Under the pieces are notes generated by a model that saw only the letters and a list, made by a program, of their open reading frames with translations, ran no database searches and was not told where the DNA came from. 17,617 bases of DNA from contig JBMFKU010000024.1 in NCBI GenBank assembly GCA_049971805.1, positions 1 to 17,617 on the forward strand, read 5' to 3'. Made by a program: the position numbers and the translations under genes. This document shows, one piece after another, positions 16,602 to 17,617 of the stretch (positions are counted from its first letter, which is position 1; each line of letters begins with the position of its first letter). Source of the DNA: Caldisphaera sp. Lineage in GTDB: Archaea; Thermoproteota; Thermoprotei_A; Sulfolobales; Acidilobaceae.

Positions 16602-17617
16602 TCAATCTGCTTTTGTAGAACACAATTTCTTTAGCATATTAAATTTAGATGGATCTCCCAATATGACTAAGCTATCTTCTGCCTCAAGAATGAAGTCTCT
16701 AGAAAAATATGGAGTAAAAGAATTGTTTTTCTCTATTAATATAGGCACTAAACCGCTAGGTATATCTGAAATTTTCATTCCATCGCATTTAGATCCTTTT
16801 TCTACTTTAAAGAAACCTAAAGCATAACCATGTTTTTTAACAGCATTTGAGCTGCTTTCCGTTGATTCTATAAGGACACCTCCTATATTATTTGATAAAG
16901 CAATTCCGGCAAGGGCCCTTCCTATAAATCTTCTTATCCTTATTACTTGATAAGCTCCAGCGTCTTTAAATATGTCATGCAGGCCTTCATCATGAATAAC
17001 AACAATAATTCTAGCTGAAGGATTTAGTTTTTTAGCCCTTAGAAGTGCCGTCATGTTATCTAAATCGTTGTCTAATGCTATTAATATAACAGAGGCATCT
17101 TGAACACCAGCATTTTTCAAGTCAACCTCTGCTGAAGGGTTACCTATTATTACGTGCTTTGATGCTATACTCTTAGCTATCTCTTCGTTTTTTACAACGA
17201 TTATATAATCTACGTTCATTCTATCAAGTTCATCAGCAAGTTCTTTCATATTACCCAGGATAATTATATGGCCTTTCATATGTGCAGCTCTCCATCTAGC
17301 CCTTGCATCTATCCATATGGTCTTTCTAGATAATGTTATAATAATTCCAGTTATTAAAGTTGTATAAATTGCAACAGAAGACGCAACTAATATTGTTAAT
17401 AAAATTTTTTCAAGAGGAGGCATTTCATTTAGGCTCGGGGTATATAAGCCAATAGTCGTTATCAAACCCACGGAAGCATAAATTGCAGAAATTATGTCTA
17501 AATGTTGATAATAAATGAATATTTCTGAGGTTGCTATAATTACAATTGCTATTGCAATGATCTGAGGAAATATTCTAGAAATTATACTATATGGTGCAAA
17601 TATTATTTCTAGGAAGT
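16602..17617 (-). CDS. 2-TM ion channel with RCK (TrkA-N/TrkA-C) domains, MthK-like architecture, 5' end outside window
   Basis: The frame stays open upstream of GTG 17471 to the window edge: FLEIIFAPYSIISRIFPQIIAIAIVIIATSEIFIYYQHLDIISAIYASVGLITTIGLYTP, i.e. TM1, pore helix and filter. TM2 follows, then MKGHIIILG, IGNPS...LKNAGVQDA, DLDN...LRAKKLNP and a TrkA-C-like tail (ILEAEDSLVILG). Confidence 0.85.
   Translation of the reverse strand, partial: FLEIIFAPYSIISRIFPQIIAIAIVIIATSEIFIYYQHLDIISAIYASVGLITTIGLYTPSLNEMPPLEKILLTILVASSVAIYTTLITGIIITLSRKTIWIDARARWRAAHMKGHIIILGNMKELADELDRMNVDYIIVVKNEEIAKSIASKHVIIGNPSAEVDLKNAGVQDASVILIALDNDLDNMTALLRAKKLNPSARIIVVIHDEGLHDIFKDAGAYQVIRIRRFIGRALAGIALSNNIGGVLIESTESSSNAVKKHGYALGFFKVEKGSKCDGMKISDIPSGLVPILIEKNNSFTPYFSRDFILEAEDSLVILGDPSKFNMLKKLCSTKAD

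Noticed and set aside
16594-16827. 77-aa plus-strand ORF
   Set aside because: Antisense shadow of the channel's C-terminal domain.

Overview
AT-rich chromosomal window from what looks like a thermophilic crenarchaeon. This is inferred from the GGTGA/GGAGGT ribosome-binding sites, BRE-TATA promoters, GTG/TTG starts and a Sulfolobus-like Mre11. The core is an intact DNA end-resection operon in the order mre11-rad50-nurA-herA (975-7764). It is followed by two MFS transporters, a membrane-anchored COG1361/S-layer-like glycoprotein, pcp, a class-2-like pyrD, a zinc-ribbon protein plus TPR protein pair, a metallo-beta-lactamase (MBL)-fold hydrolase, and a 5'-truncated 2-TM/RCK ion channel. No rRNA, tRNA, CRISPR array or transposase was recognised. 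The most notable observations are: (1) the channel's non-GYG filter (TTIGLY) and degenerate RCK nucleotide motif; (2) a disrupted inverted paralogue of the MBL gene about 15 kb away that shares a 34-bp identical core; (3) a perfect 42-bp (two-heptad) duplication in the Rad50 coiled coil; (4) a small protein divergent from mre11 whose probable CxxC has become WxxY; (5) an uncalled ~37-40 aa ORF with its own TATA and SD after herA; (6) an S-layer-domain protein coupled to a 14-TM MFS pump. All calls come from reading motifs by eye; no database searches were run.
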